From the NCBI GenBank assembly GCA_051294905.1, contig CM119382.1, positions 6,758,001 through 6,822,000 on the forward strand: DNA of 64,000 bases. The letters run 5' to 3'. Source of the DNA: Botryllus schlosseri. Taxonomy: Eukaryota. Shown in pieces: positions 27,701-39,274 of this stretch (positions within the stretch are counted from its first letter, which is position 1; each line of letters opens with the position of its first letter). Both the position numbers and the translations under genes were made by a program. The notes under the pieces were generated by a model that did no database searches, was not told where the DNA came from, and saw only the letters and a program-made list of their open reading frames with translations.

Positions 27701-28400
27701 TCGTCGGTTCTTCTTTAGCAAGACAGAGAGCTTCTAAATACTTCCTGTTAGCGCCGGTCGTGACAGACGAACCTTGTTTGCTCGGGTTTGCTTTACGTTT
27801 CGCGTGGAACTTTCTGCTGTGCAATATATAACGAGTCCTATTCAAAGTGATGTAGTTGCAGTATTGGCAGAAATACAGAAACGGCACTTTTCTGACTCGT
27901 CTACGCTTACACACCATCCTGTAGTGTTGAGGCAGCTCTCCATATACCGTGATGCCAGGATGCACGTACTCGAAATGACACGTTATGTTGGAATAACTCA
28001 TCGTCGCATAGTCACAATGTTTGCATAGGTATTTGATTTCAGACGGTTGAACCTGTGTTTGTTGACTGTTTGTTTGTCGACTGTAATCAATCAGTTTATG
28101 AGATTGCGGTTTAGAGTGAAAATATTCGCCGGCTTCCGAGTCCGAGTCGGAAGATAATGTGCGATCATGTTCCGAAATGGATGCCACTTCCACTCCATCA
28201 GAAATCACATCGAATTCCTGTGAATCTGACCTATCCACTTGATCTGACGACATGAGATCAGGTAGTTCACAAACAGGATAGCGATATTTTTCACTCAATG
28301 ACTGCTGTGCCCCACCATCATTTCCGCCATCCATGATTCGCACTCCGCTCAACGCATGTTGCCTATTCTCCCAAACCACCAAATCAAATTTGTCAGAAAG
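24720..28400 (-). CDS. Large exon of a multi-C2H2 zinc-finger protein (dispersed HX4H fingers, ZNF462-like HYxxxH pattern)
   Basis: 1227 open codons between acceptor TTTTTCCAG (28401) and donor AAG|GTATGT (24719). About 15 CxxC..H....H motifs, no TGEKP linkers. Confidence 0.85.
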
Positions 28401-28527
28401 CTGGAAAAACAGTTTTCAATTTGAAAATTATCATCCAGATACTCGAACATGTGCGGCCACGCATAACACAATTCACTACAATATGCAAGCAAAAAATGAC
28501 CAAAAGAGAACGTGTTGTACTCTCAAA

Positions 28528-28600
28528 TCACAAAAAGCATCTCGCCCCTGCACTACAGCACATTTACCGTTTCAGATACAGGTATTCATAAACTTTGTGA
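28528..28600 (-). promoter_or_regulatory. Form-2 SECIS element in the SPS2 3'UTR
   Basis: Minus strand: UCACAAAG (helix I), AUGAA core, helix II UACCUGUAUCUG, unpaired AAA, mini-stem CGGUA/UGCUG, return strand UAGUGCAGGGG, CGAG core, and UUUUGUGA closing helix I. Confidence 0.85.
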
Positions 28601-28904
28601 TCAAAAGCAACGACAAATGCTTTCAAATCAGCTACGGCAGGCTGCTCACACCCGCATAGTGATTCGTAAAGCAAGGAGTGCAAAGCAAACTTGAAGGTAA
28701 AATACTAGCAAGTATTTGTCAGCTCTACTTGAAATACCAAAAAACCAATAACCGTGCTTCCATATCACCGAAATAATAATCAATACGAAGGAACCCATTT
28801 ACGCATTAAAATCTCACAAAAAGTAACCTAAAATATGACATTTTCAACCAGGATTGTGAACCATTCGGAAAACACTGCGTCCGGACACCCTTTCTCTTCA
28901 TTTT

Positions 28905-30338
28905 TTACTGATTATTATAATGCAATTGTTGATACCCTTGATTTTGACCGTCATGCGGTTGCATAATACAATTATTCGGAACCAATCCGGCTGTTGTGTT
29001 CACCGGCATCATACCCTGTTGAGTAGTCGTCATAATGGGAATCGTGTTATTCTGATTCGGTAACGCCGACGCTTGAGGCTGCGTGCCGATGTTATCCATC
29101 ATTTCGTGAGTACGTTTTCTAGATGATTGCGGCAAGCTGTTCGGGTCAACGGGCTGTGGTATGTGCGGGTCTGGAGCCTGCGTTTTTGGTTGCAACGCGT
29201 TTTCCGGTTTCGTGTGAGAGACTTCTATAATTCTCGGCCTGCCGATAATTCGGGCAGACCTGTCTCCTTTTTCAACGACCCCGATAATCCACGCCTGGTG
29301 TCCTTCGGTGGCGATCATTTGCTGGCAGTACTTGGTAGCTTGCTCTCGGGAGAGTACGATTAGCAGACCGCCAGATGTCTCGGCGGAAGTTCCTTTCAGC
29401 AATCCGAAATTGACGATGCTAGCTCGGCTCACGGCCGCCATTTTCGATATCACCGGCAAATTGTGAATGGCGAAAGTCACTTCGTTACGTTGCTGTTTCG
29501 CTAAATTCTCAGCGTGTCCCAATATGCCGAAACCTGTTACATCGGTAGCCGCGTGGGCTTGAAATACGTGCATCAGTCTCGCCGCGTGACGGTTTAGTCT
29601 CGACATATGTAAGATAGCGTCGCTGTACGCTTTGATCGTATCTTCCGCCGAAATAACGTGCTTAATTCTATTCCAATGTTGATTCTTTTGATTCATCCAT
29701 TGAAACGCGTTGACAGCCGGTTGTGTTCCTAAAGGTTTAGTCAGCACAAGTACATCGCCGACGACGGCTTGATCTGGCATGATGAACTCGTTTTGTTGAC
29801 AAACAGATGTCGCCACACCTCCAATTAGACACCAAGGGTTAATAACCGTTTGACCCCCGGTTACATTCGTACCAGCTTCTACAGCGAGGTCTCGGAATCC
29901 TTGGATCATCATAGGCACTACAACGTCGCGTTCTTCTTCCGTAAACTTTGAACTCAATCCAAGTAGCATCAACATGTTATCGCATTCCGTAACGCCCATA
30001 GCGTAAAGATCGCTAAGCACGTTGGCGCAAGCGATTTTACCCATAGCGTACGGGTCGTTGACAAGTGGGTAAAAAAAGTCAGTAGTTTGAAGTAAAGAAA
30101 GACCCCCAAATCGTAGAGGTATTACACATGAATCTAGACCTATGCCAATGGTAGGTAGCGTCTGCGGAAAGCCTTCACGTTGTGAAGGCTGTCCGTCGTT
30201 GGTAAGACCCTCAAGAAGTTTGAGCAGAACTTTTTGAGGGACTTTACAACCTCATCCTTTCAGTCCGGTATAGTCGGTCAGGCGGAACTTCTTTTCTAGC
30301 CCGTGTTCTTCGGGATCCCAGAGTTTTTCAGAAGCCAT
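28905..30338 (-). CDS. SEPHS2: Selenophosphate synthetase 2 (selenoprotein), intronless, 477 aa, Sec at residue 29
   Basis: [31 protein letters not shown](30254-30252)[16 protein letters not shown]...[32 protein letters not shown] runs in frame into the ORF-track ORF ([17 protein letters not shown]...[13 protein letters not shown]...AETSGGLLI). A SECIS lies downstream. Confidence 0.95.
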
Positions 30339-30659
30339 CGCGACCAATTTCGACGGAGTGTAGCTTACAGACGATATATAAAAATTAAACAACCAAATAT
30401 CTGTTGACAAGTAAGATAATATACAAGCGCGATATTCAATTGTTAGTGTGGGATTGGATGGCTTTAGGAAGTGTGCTTAACCCTCGCTACGCGGTAGACT
30501 CATGCATGAGCCCGGATTGTATTTTCACGAACACGCTTCACTTAATCCCCAATATCTTGCGTTGTACTGGTCGTAGAAAGTTACATCTATTTCAGATGGA
30601 TAGCTAGTATCAATACGCATACGTCGAGCCATAAATAACCTATCAGACTATGAAATAAC

Positions 30660-30842
30660 CTCATCAAAATGCCGATTGAATACACAAAAACGTTTTGCGC
30701 AAAATACAACTTGCGGCGGCGCTCGCGTGAATGTGCGCGCGCGAGATAAACCAGCGCCCGTGACCAGCACATCTCCGTTACAGACGTCAAATTCATATGC
30801 AGCTCTTTTCTCCAAACAGCGGTGGACTGTGTCATCGCCCAT
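30660..30842 (-). other. Possible upstream exon or uORF (MGDDTVHR...FNRHFDE|GT) 5' of SPS2
   Basis: GC-richer open stretch ending in phase 0 at GAG|GTTATT, frame-compatible with the zinc-finger acceptor at 28401. The donor is weak and I recognise no homology. Confidence 0.3.
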
Positions 30843-30949
30843 CTATTGGAATGCTTATATCTAACATTGGGCGCAGGACAGATTATTTCTAATTGAAAGT
30901 AAACATATTTTACGAAATATTATGCGTGGGTTTTAGTAATACATTCCAC

Positions 30950-32075
30950 GTTGTGATTAGCGCGGATTTGCTGTTGCAGATTACGCATATGGATTATTCG
31001 TGCTTTTCATACCAATACACCAACACTACCATCTTCAGTGAGATACATGATCTCCGCTATTGATATGACAGCAAATTTACGACATTTTCTGGTGAAAATG
31101 TTGCGCATCTTTGCCGTGGTAGCGTACGAAACGCACCGCTCCATAATATGTGACAAACTGATTTGAAACGCCCATAAAATATCAGTGAAGCACTGTAATC
31201 ATATTGCACGTATGACTCTGTCAATTCAACCAATTCAGTCCTAGTTGTTTTACATCGGCAAAGTTCGTTTCAACACATAGTACTATCTCGTACAAAGGAT
31301 GGATTAGCGATTACATATACCGGCGCGTTGTGAAATGATTCATTTCGGGGATACTATGTTATTACCAAAACAATAACATGCCGCAATATCTTTGCTGTTG
31401 TAATTAGCGCAGATTTCAAGTTTCAGATTACGCAAAACAAGATATATCTTTGCAATAAGTTGAGTCGCCAATATATACTATATAATACATCATCTACATT
31501 GTTTCATACGAAGCCATCATTGTACCCATGACATGGTTTTCCATTTGTTGGTGCTAGATTTGGTTTGTTACCATTTCAATTTGCTGTTGTATTCCACGCG
31601 TGATGCATTATTTCATATGTTGTATCATGCAATATACTATATTCTTTTGCCATAATATGGCTGAATGTCGACTGTCAAGTTAGCGTATAGATGTATTGTA
31701 TAGATATGTAGAGTCTGCTGTCGCGAAAGCACTTCGAAACTGATTGCTGCGATGCGCGTATGGTACAGAAACCACTATATCTTCTGCGATAGCTGACGTG
31801 GTTGTGGATGCCAATTATCTGTTCAATAGATAGGCCTTGTCTCAAAGCGTTTGTCTACACCACCACCGTCGATGGCTTGCATATTATTTGATAAACTGAT
31901 TTGAAATGCCAACTAAAATATCAGTGAGACAGTGTATTCATATTGCATGTATGACTACTTGTCAATTCATCCAATTCAGTTATAGTTGTTTTACAACGGC
32001 AAAGTTCGTTTCAACACATAACACTATCTCGTACAGAGAATAAGCGATTACCATAGAACGGCGTTGTGAAATGAA
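30950..32075. repeat. Local imperfect direct duplications
   Basis: About 31155-31345 is repeated at about 31890-32075; about 30950-31060 is repeated at about 31400-31510. Confidence 0.7.
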
Positions 32076-32404
32076 TAATTTCAACGTCCGCCATACTACG
32101 TCATATTCGATCAATAACACGCGACGCGTGTATGTGCGCGGAATGCGAGACGCCTGGCGTCGAACACACTGTAGCCAACTGTAGCCATCGGTATATCAGC
32201 ACTCGTTACAATCGACTATATTATCGTAAGAACCTCACTCAGGTCGTTTTGGAATCCTGATATTGCTGTGAAATCAGTCAGGCGATGATTCTATCCCGAG
32301 CAGCTCCGTGTATGACGTAGTCACAAATTCAAAAATCAAATTCTCTTTTATTTTCAAAAAGTTGAGAACACTTCAATATATAGGGGCATCACCTCTGATT
32401 CTCT

Positions 32405-32495
32405 CGCTCTCAGAGTAGCTCAGTTGGTTGGGCGCCTGTTTCCTGATTACAGCGATATATTGGGTGTCGGTTCAAGTCCCGTGGTTCGGATTTTA
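32405..32495 (+). pseudogene. tRNA-like remnant or SINE head
   Basis: A-box TAGCTCAGTTGG and B-box GGTTCAAGTCC, but no acceptor stem or valid anticodon arm. Confidence 0.5.
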
Positions 32496-33212
32496 TGAAT
32501 CTTTTTCTAAATGCATTAAAATTCGGTCCTGAGGCCGACCGCGGAAGGAGGGTTAAAACTGAACACTGAGGGAATTCAGCTCTCAACCCTATTCAAGAAC
32601 ATATTATACAGCCTATATATCAGCCCAAGAGTTTGATGTAAAAGCGGAGGAACAGCCTCATGTTACCTGACGGAACATGAATTGTCAGCATCAGCAAACA
32701 TGATACCATAGCCCAGTATATTTGGAAATTTCAAGAACGCAGCGGCCATTTGCGTGCATGGAATCTTGTCTTATGCTCCCCTAACATCTTGCGAAATGCC
32801 TTGCTGACTGCTCCTGGTCACCCAAAATCTGATTCTCTGTGAGGCTAAAAACAGCCTAATTAAGCGTGTTGATTAATGAAAGTAATCGGAGCAAGAAGTG
32901 TATAATAGAACGAGTGTAGAATAAGGCTGACTATTTAGCTGATAAAGTCCAAGTTTGGGAAATGCTATCTATATACTGTGAAAATAGTGGTAGCCTAATT
33001 TAGTGGTTCCTAAAGACTAGAGAAATTATAAAACGGTTGCGGCACACTTGCAAACGAAAAGTTGATTGAAAAAAAATAATTTCGACATGCTAACGCAACG
33101 GATGTGCTTGTTTACATGTACATATATATACCGTACTTCTGAAACGAGGTTGCATGGTTGACAAATATACTTGCATTTCGTCGTCAATTCCAAGCTATTA
33201 AAGCGTTTAGAG

Positions 33213-33602
33213 CAGGGGTGTCAAACATCCGGCTCGCCAGGGGATTTCATCTGGCCCGCTAAGCAATTCAGAGTAGGTTGAAAAATACTTGAGATTTTTG
33301 TTGGGAAATACTTCTATTAATTGATCGCTCAAGAAAGCAAATGTCGAGCATGTTCAATTGTTCATATGCCAAATTATAACCATCTGACTGCGGTGTGGCG
33401 GTTTCACTCTAGTTACCTTGAGGAAGTCGTTGACATTGACATCTTAATTTTGAGAAAACCGAAAAATGCCCACTGGGTTCGAGGCTTTATGGAAAATCAA
33501 CCATTTGGAACCAACATTTTGGAATCAGTTAACTGGTCTGACCCGCGAGCGATTTGAAGGTTTGAATCCGGCGCGTGACGCAATTTGAGTTCGACACTCC
33601 AG
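33213..33602. mobile_element. Charlie-like MITE
   Basis: TIR CAGGGGTGTC/GACACTCCAG; TSD GTTTAGAG/GTTTGGAG. Confidence 0.75.
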
Positions 33603-33645
33603 GTTTGGAGCTATTAATTTCAGTCAATACCGAAAAGTCTTGTTC

Positions 33646-33780
33646 CTATATCAACAGAGATGGAAATCGTAATATAATTTTGATTGCTTTTGAACTGATC
33701 ATAGAATAGATTTCAGAGCGGACAGTGAAAAACACATCCATCCGTATTCTGTGGAAAGAACATTTTTTAAAACAGGTCGT
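33646..33780 (-). pseudogene. Charlie/hAT transposase C-terminal remnant
   Basis: MDVFFTVRSEIYSMISSKAIKIILRFPS resembles the Charlie FW...EYP.L...A.K.LLPF.S motif. Confidence 0.45.
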
Positions 33781-34859
33781 TTCGCGAATCAATGAGCTAT
33801 GATTTTTCTTCTGCAGAAAGATTGCCGAGTTCGTTGTTTCCAAATTTTAAATTAAACTATAAAACCAAATAAAGTTCTCAACAGCAGTGAAAGTTATAAT
33901 CAAAGCAAACACAATCTTTGAGACCTTGATTTTCCACAGCATCAACTTTTCGTCTAATTATTAGGATAGTATTGAATTGATGGTGTCATGCATAGATATC
34001 AGCTACATTGTAACAGTTAGAGTAGTCTAGTGCTACATCACAGGTTGCACGGGTCTATGCTTGGCTTCATGCCATAATTTAAAGGAGCACTATATGTTTT
34101 GTACATGTGCTCTCAAGTTCAAGTTGAGGGTGTAGCAGGAGCAGCAGCAGTCATTTAACTCAGCAAGTCATCATATTCTAACTGCAGACTGCATCTCACG
34201 ATTTTCACAAAACGTACCCCTAATACAGTGACAATCCACTCATCCCTGTGGAGTCTGTGGTAAGAGTCAAACGTCATCGTTTCTTGGCGATTTGCAACAT
34301 TTCTGGCACACATTTTTTCTCAATTTTTAAAGTAGCCACCTTCAATTAACTCTTAAAATAAATGTATGGACATGCTTCAGCCTCGACAAAGTATTTTGAA
34401 CACTTCTGGTTATTCTTCAATATAACAAAGAGACAATTACTAAGCAGCACTGATCAGGTTGCATGCTAATTCAATGCAAATCAACTCTCCATGAAAAGCA
34501 TATGCCCTTGGCTTGGCCATTATTTCGGTACGATATAGGCTGCACCGGCTGCGGATTCTCAGATTTCACAATCCTATCCCTATCGAACCTACCGCAAATG
34601 ACATTTGGACTACGTAAAGCATGTTGTAAATATCAGGTCACGAACTTGAAGTGGAAGCATATTATCCTGCTTCTTGCATAAAACATCCTGCAAAGTTTCA
34701 ACGTCTCAACCCCTATTCCGGTTCGGCGTCTGCTAGTGCTGAAGACAAGAAATACTGACTCAATGACTCATGTTACGCCGCTTCAGCCCGGTCCGGATTC
34801 GGGACCCGGCAGCCGGCACTCAATCGGATCTGGATCGTTATTATTCGAGCTCGCCGGAG

Positions 34860-35000
34860 CAAACATAGAAGAGATGAGGAAGCTAGAAATTGCCAAGTTT
34901 ATGTATCAGTTCCATTGCGGTCACTGTCCCTCAAATTTCAACGACTAATGTACCTCAGAGTCAATAGCGTCCGGCACAGAACGGCACACCCGCGTCAACG
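34860..35000 (+). mobile_element. Older LINE ORF2 fragment, inverted relative to the adjacent LINE
   Basis: NIEEMRKLEIAKFMYQFHCGHCP versus NIEDMRKLEIAKFMYQFHCGRCP, with many nucleotide substitutions. Confidence 0.75.
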
Positions 35001-35010
35001 AAGAATAACT

Positions 35011-35820
35011 ATCATCATCATCATCATTGGTTTATTAGCAATTTTATCAGTTCAATACACCACAAAAAATGCGATACAATGAATAGACAGGAAGATGTCG
35101 AAGCGACTTGGATTTGTCAATGGAATCGGACACCCACCTTGGCCTAGGCGTAGTAAAGAGGAGGCATGCACACTGAATGAAAGTAAAGAATACAGTATAG
35201 AAAAAGAAAGCGACAAGAAATAGGGCGGCATGTCATGGGAAGCGAGATCGATAGGTCAGTCGTGGTCCGGTAATCTTGAGGATGGACTGTATTTATTTAG
35301 TAGTAATTGCTTGTATCTCGACTTGAATGTGGACATGCTCGTCGACTGTCGGATGGCCGGCGGGATACTGTTCCACACATCAGGTCCGGCATATTTGATG
35401 GAGCGATGATCTTTTCGGTCGATCATATGATATTTGGACGACGTGGACGCGCGTGTGTTGTACTTGTGCGCTTTTGATTCAGAGTTAAAGAAGTCATTGA
35501 AATATTCGGGGCAACGACCGCAGTGAAACTGATACATAAACTTGGCGATTTCTAGTTTCCGCATATCTTCTATGTTTAGGACGCCGAATCTCTTCAGCAG
35601 CGACTTATTGGATGGGCAGCCAGGCCCCTTTGGGGCCCTAGCTATGATTCGGAGCACTTTATGCTGTAGTTTCTGCAGTGGCTTGAGTGCAGTTTTACTG
35701 GCAGCCCCCCAACAGAGGATGCCATAATGTAACTTCGATTGGATTAAGGATTTAAAGAGTATCAGGAGAACCCATGCTGGCATGAAGCGCCCAAGGCTGT
35801 AGAACAGGCCGCACTTCGGT
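35011..35820 (-). mobile_element. 5'-truncated CR1/L2-group LINE (ORF2 C-terminus, 3'UTR, (ATG)n tail)
   Basis: FKSLIQSKLHYGILCWG...LQKLQHKVLRII...KYNTR...SIKYAGPDVWNSIP..IRQSTSMSTFK is the typical post-RT C-terminus; trinucleotide tail at 35011. Confidence 0.9.
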
Positions 35821-37036
35821 GATAATTTAGTTTCTACTACCATTTTATATGTTCAGGACGGAATACAAGAAAACACATTGCTTTATCACAGGGGTGAGCA
35901 AACTACGGGCCGCGGGCCGCATGCGGCCCTCGAAAGGCTCGAGAATAGCATTCAAAATATTGAAAAATGCGCAGTAAAAATCTAATTTCTACTGGGTCTC
36001 GATCAAAAAGGTGGTCAGTAACGAAGTACGTCTACTTTTTGGAAGTAATCAAGTAGTTTTCCTCTGCTTCTGGTACTTACTCAAGTAGATCTGATTTTTT
36101 CTACTTCTACCTCATAATACTTTGCGATCTACTTACTTACTTTTCGCTATTTTCAGTTTGTCAAGTAGAAGTAGTTTAATCCCCCAATACGAAAGATAGC
36201 CTGAGGAATTTTGGGGCTGTTTTCACGGAGCACCAGCATTTAATATTCATAAAAGTCAAGTAAAGCCCAGAAAGTTTGCTGCGCTTCACGCCCAGTATAG
36301 TTACGGAGCGACAAATATGTCTTCACGAAAGTATCAGTGAATATAATTTAGGTACCGGTTCCGCTCACACCGCATTTTCACCCATATCAAATATTTCATC
36401 ACAGTAATTGTGGTTCACCATAACGTTTGAAACTATACCGTTTCGCAATCTAGCAATTACCTATCATATCGTAATCTAGCAACCCATTACGTGTCTTGCT
36501 AATCTGGAAAATCCAGCTCTTTTCAACGTTACACCTGTTTTAGCAGATCACATTTGAAGCTTTATGGACAAAAGACATGAAATGTATTTTCCGCTTTTTA
36601 GAAGTGGTATTTGTATTTCTGCTTCAATTGCGAGTATCATACTTTGAGTTCTAATTAATTTCAGTTCTTTTGTCTGCAGAACAGGCATGTTGGAGCATAA
36701 AAGCAAGCTAGTGTAGTAATGCCTCTATTTTCCGAAAATAAAGCTACACTAATTATAACTTTTACGATCCACAATATTTGTTATTAACGTATACTAATCG
36801 CGCAAACAGATTAAACCGTATCCGATACAATTTCTACGCATTGCTCTTCGTCTAAACCTGGGACCTTATCATATGGCGTAGGCCGCCATGTCATGATATT
36901 CTCTTAAACGGGGTCTTCTAGTAAACAAAGGGTTATAGTATCGCATTTTCATATTAATACTATCATTTGCATCCCATGATGAGAAAGAATGCTTCTTCCG
37001 TCGAAAATAGATACCTCCTGGGATGCATCAATACGA

Positions 37037-37986
37037 CAGTGTTGGGATCAAGTCACTACCTTCGAGTCACGAGTCATCTCGAGTCATTGCAGATTTTGAC
37101 TCGAGTCAAGTCAAGTCAATCGATTTTCAAAGGTGACTCGAGTCAAGTCAAGTCACTCGTTTTTTGGAGGTGACTCGAGTCAAGTCGAGTCAAGTCAAGT
37201 CAAGTCACGAGTCAAGTCACAATTCAAGTCAAATTGAATTTTCGAAGTATGAGTGATGATTCAAAGTCATTACATTTTGCTATAGCTGTGTGAAAGACAG
37301 ATTAATTAATCATTTATCTTAATCAAATAACGAATATATCTAGTTAAATATACATGCAAAAAGACGGTGTATCCCTCACACACACACGTAGAACTGCTAA
37401 TAAAGTACGTGAGTAACTGTACAGCTACATCCTACAGTCAGTTTTTATCAGTCAAAATATAGGAACTAATACGAAGCTTCGAGAAGTTGAAACAAATTGA
37501 TATGGTACAATAGCCTACACTACCCATCTATACATCAGTGAGAATACAAACGCACACAATATATTTGTTCGATTTAAATCATACAAGAGGATTGGTGAAT
37601 GTGAACACTGGCAACGTAAGCATTGAGCCGTCTAAGAAAGAGAGACACATTGCTATTTAGATTAATTTTCTACTTTGCGGTCAATGTATTTGTGATCTAA
37701 CAATTGAGGAACCTTGTACCGTACAATAAGTGAATGACTGGTTGTTCTCACAAGTGACACCGGCGTATCTCGAACAATCCGAACATTTACAAGATACAGT
37801 GGCACCGCTTACTTAATGACTTGAAATTGACTCGTAAATTTTGCGAGTCAATGCACATTTTTAAAGCTCCGAGTCAAGTCAAGTCAAGTCATTTATCCAA
37901 AGTGACTCGAGTCAAGTCAAGTCATACGAAAAATTTGACTCGAGTCTGACTCGAATCAAGTCATGACTCGAGTCATCCCAACACTG
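37037..37986. mobile_element. hAT MITE, inverted sister of 3250-4176
   Basis: TIR CAGTGTTGGGAT; TSD CAATACGA (37029-37036, 37987-37994). Confidence 0.9.
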
Positions 37987-38879
37987 CAATACGAATCAAG
38001 CTCCCTGCACCTTCCGCATAGCTCAATTCGCAGCTTTTGACAGTCCATGCGAACGAATTAAGACTGTTTTCAAAACTACTTACTTACTTGAGTAGATTTA
38101 AAGTCAGTCAATTCTACTTCTACTTCAAGTAGTTTTAGGTGGCTTATTGAAGAAGTATGTGTTACAATAGACTATTGAGTTTTGTATGGATAGCAACAGT
38201 ATAAAAATTAAAAAATTCGTTCGAAATTCACAGTTATATCTCTACCAACAGCTCACCGAAGTCCAGGCCCAAAGTCAGCTATGGAGCAGCGAAAATTTGG
38301 AAATCAGTGATAAAGCAGAATATAATGAAACAAGTTGAGCATGGTCTCAAACTTAATAATTATAGAAGATGCTGAACAACACTGACGTGACGCTAGCCGA
38401 GTCTAGAGTCAAAACATGTCTTTTGTACATTTGATTCAATTTTGATCCGCCGTTGACGTCCAGTTTTCCAGCTCCAGTTTTCCAAGCCCCTTGCAAATAC
38501 TTCGTTATCGTGTGTCATAAATTTATAAACTTGAACTTACATAAAGGCATAATGCACATTTTACCTCATTTTTACGTGTCACAAGCAATAAAGCACGAGT
38601 ATGTTTTGGAATGTAATCAAATGTATTGCAAACAAGAATATTCATGAACGCTAGCTAGAAAAAAATCTCTAGATCATGCGTTGTCGTGCAGATTTCTCTG
38701 TAGGAGTCGATACCGTGCGAGTGCGTTCAACGATTCCAGTTGCAGTATGTCATCAAATTCAGCTCCATCCGCCTTGTCTGCATTGCTATGATTGAAGGCA
38801 GAGGCAGGCTATTGTCATAACGAAATTCTGAGGTTCTTCCAGGAATATAGCCAATGCGCGAGATATTTTCTTCAACACA

Positions 38880-39140
38880 GAAAGCATTGCGCACTGCCAG
38901 AGGGTATAACATTATGTATGAACACAATAGTGACTTTTTTCGGTCAAAGTTCTTGGGCATAACAGTGGTGTGAGTAAGTGGGCATAACAGTGGCGTGAGT
39001 AAGTAAGTCCTCAGTGGATATTCAGCATCTCCAAGGGCATAATCTTCATCATTTCATATATGCCAAAATGCTGGGCAGTTGTGTCTTCAAAAATCTGAAT
39101 CACAGCCACACTATTTCTTCGAATACTTTGCGATAACGTG
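38880..39140 (-). pseudogene. PIF/Harbinger transposase remnant
   Basis: DYALGDAEYPLRTYLLTPL matches the Harbinger/HARBI1 LGD.GYPL..WLLTP motif; frameshifted flanks. Confidence 0.55.
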
Positions 39141-39274
39141 CTGAACATCTGCCGAATTTACGAGGGCAGAATTCAATCGGTAAATTCGGCCCTCTGAGAA
39201 TTTTGTGTAAAAATGTATTACCAACTATTAATGTGAATTAATTACATAATTATATTATTATCAAGTGATTTGGA

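Noticed and set aside
24760-29363. Short overlapping and antisense ORFs across the ZnF and SPS2 coding regions
   Set aside because: They are shadow or alternative-frame ORFs of long coding exons, with no recognisable motifs.
28905-30044. ORF-track 379-aa protein as a complete SPS1
   Set aside because: The frame extends 98 codons upstream through a Sec UGA, and a SECIS is present.
30339-30660. In-frame fusion of the upstream candidate exon to SPS2
   Set aside because: Splicing to the AG at 30364 leaves 25 nt before the ATG, which is out of frame and hits a stop within 12 codons.
32405-32495. Second functional tRNA gene
   Set aside because: Only the A and B boxes survive; the acceptor stem cannot pair.
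34860-35000. Twin-priming inversion of the LINE
   Set aside because: The fragment is too diverged from the adjacent copy and lies at its 3' rather than 5' end.
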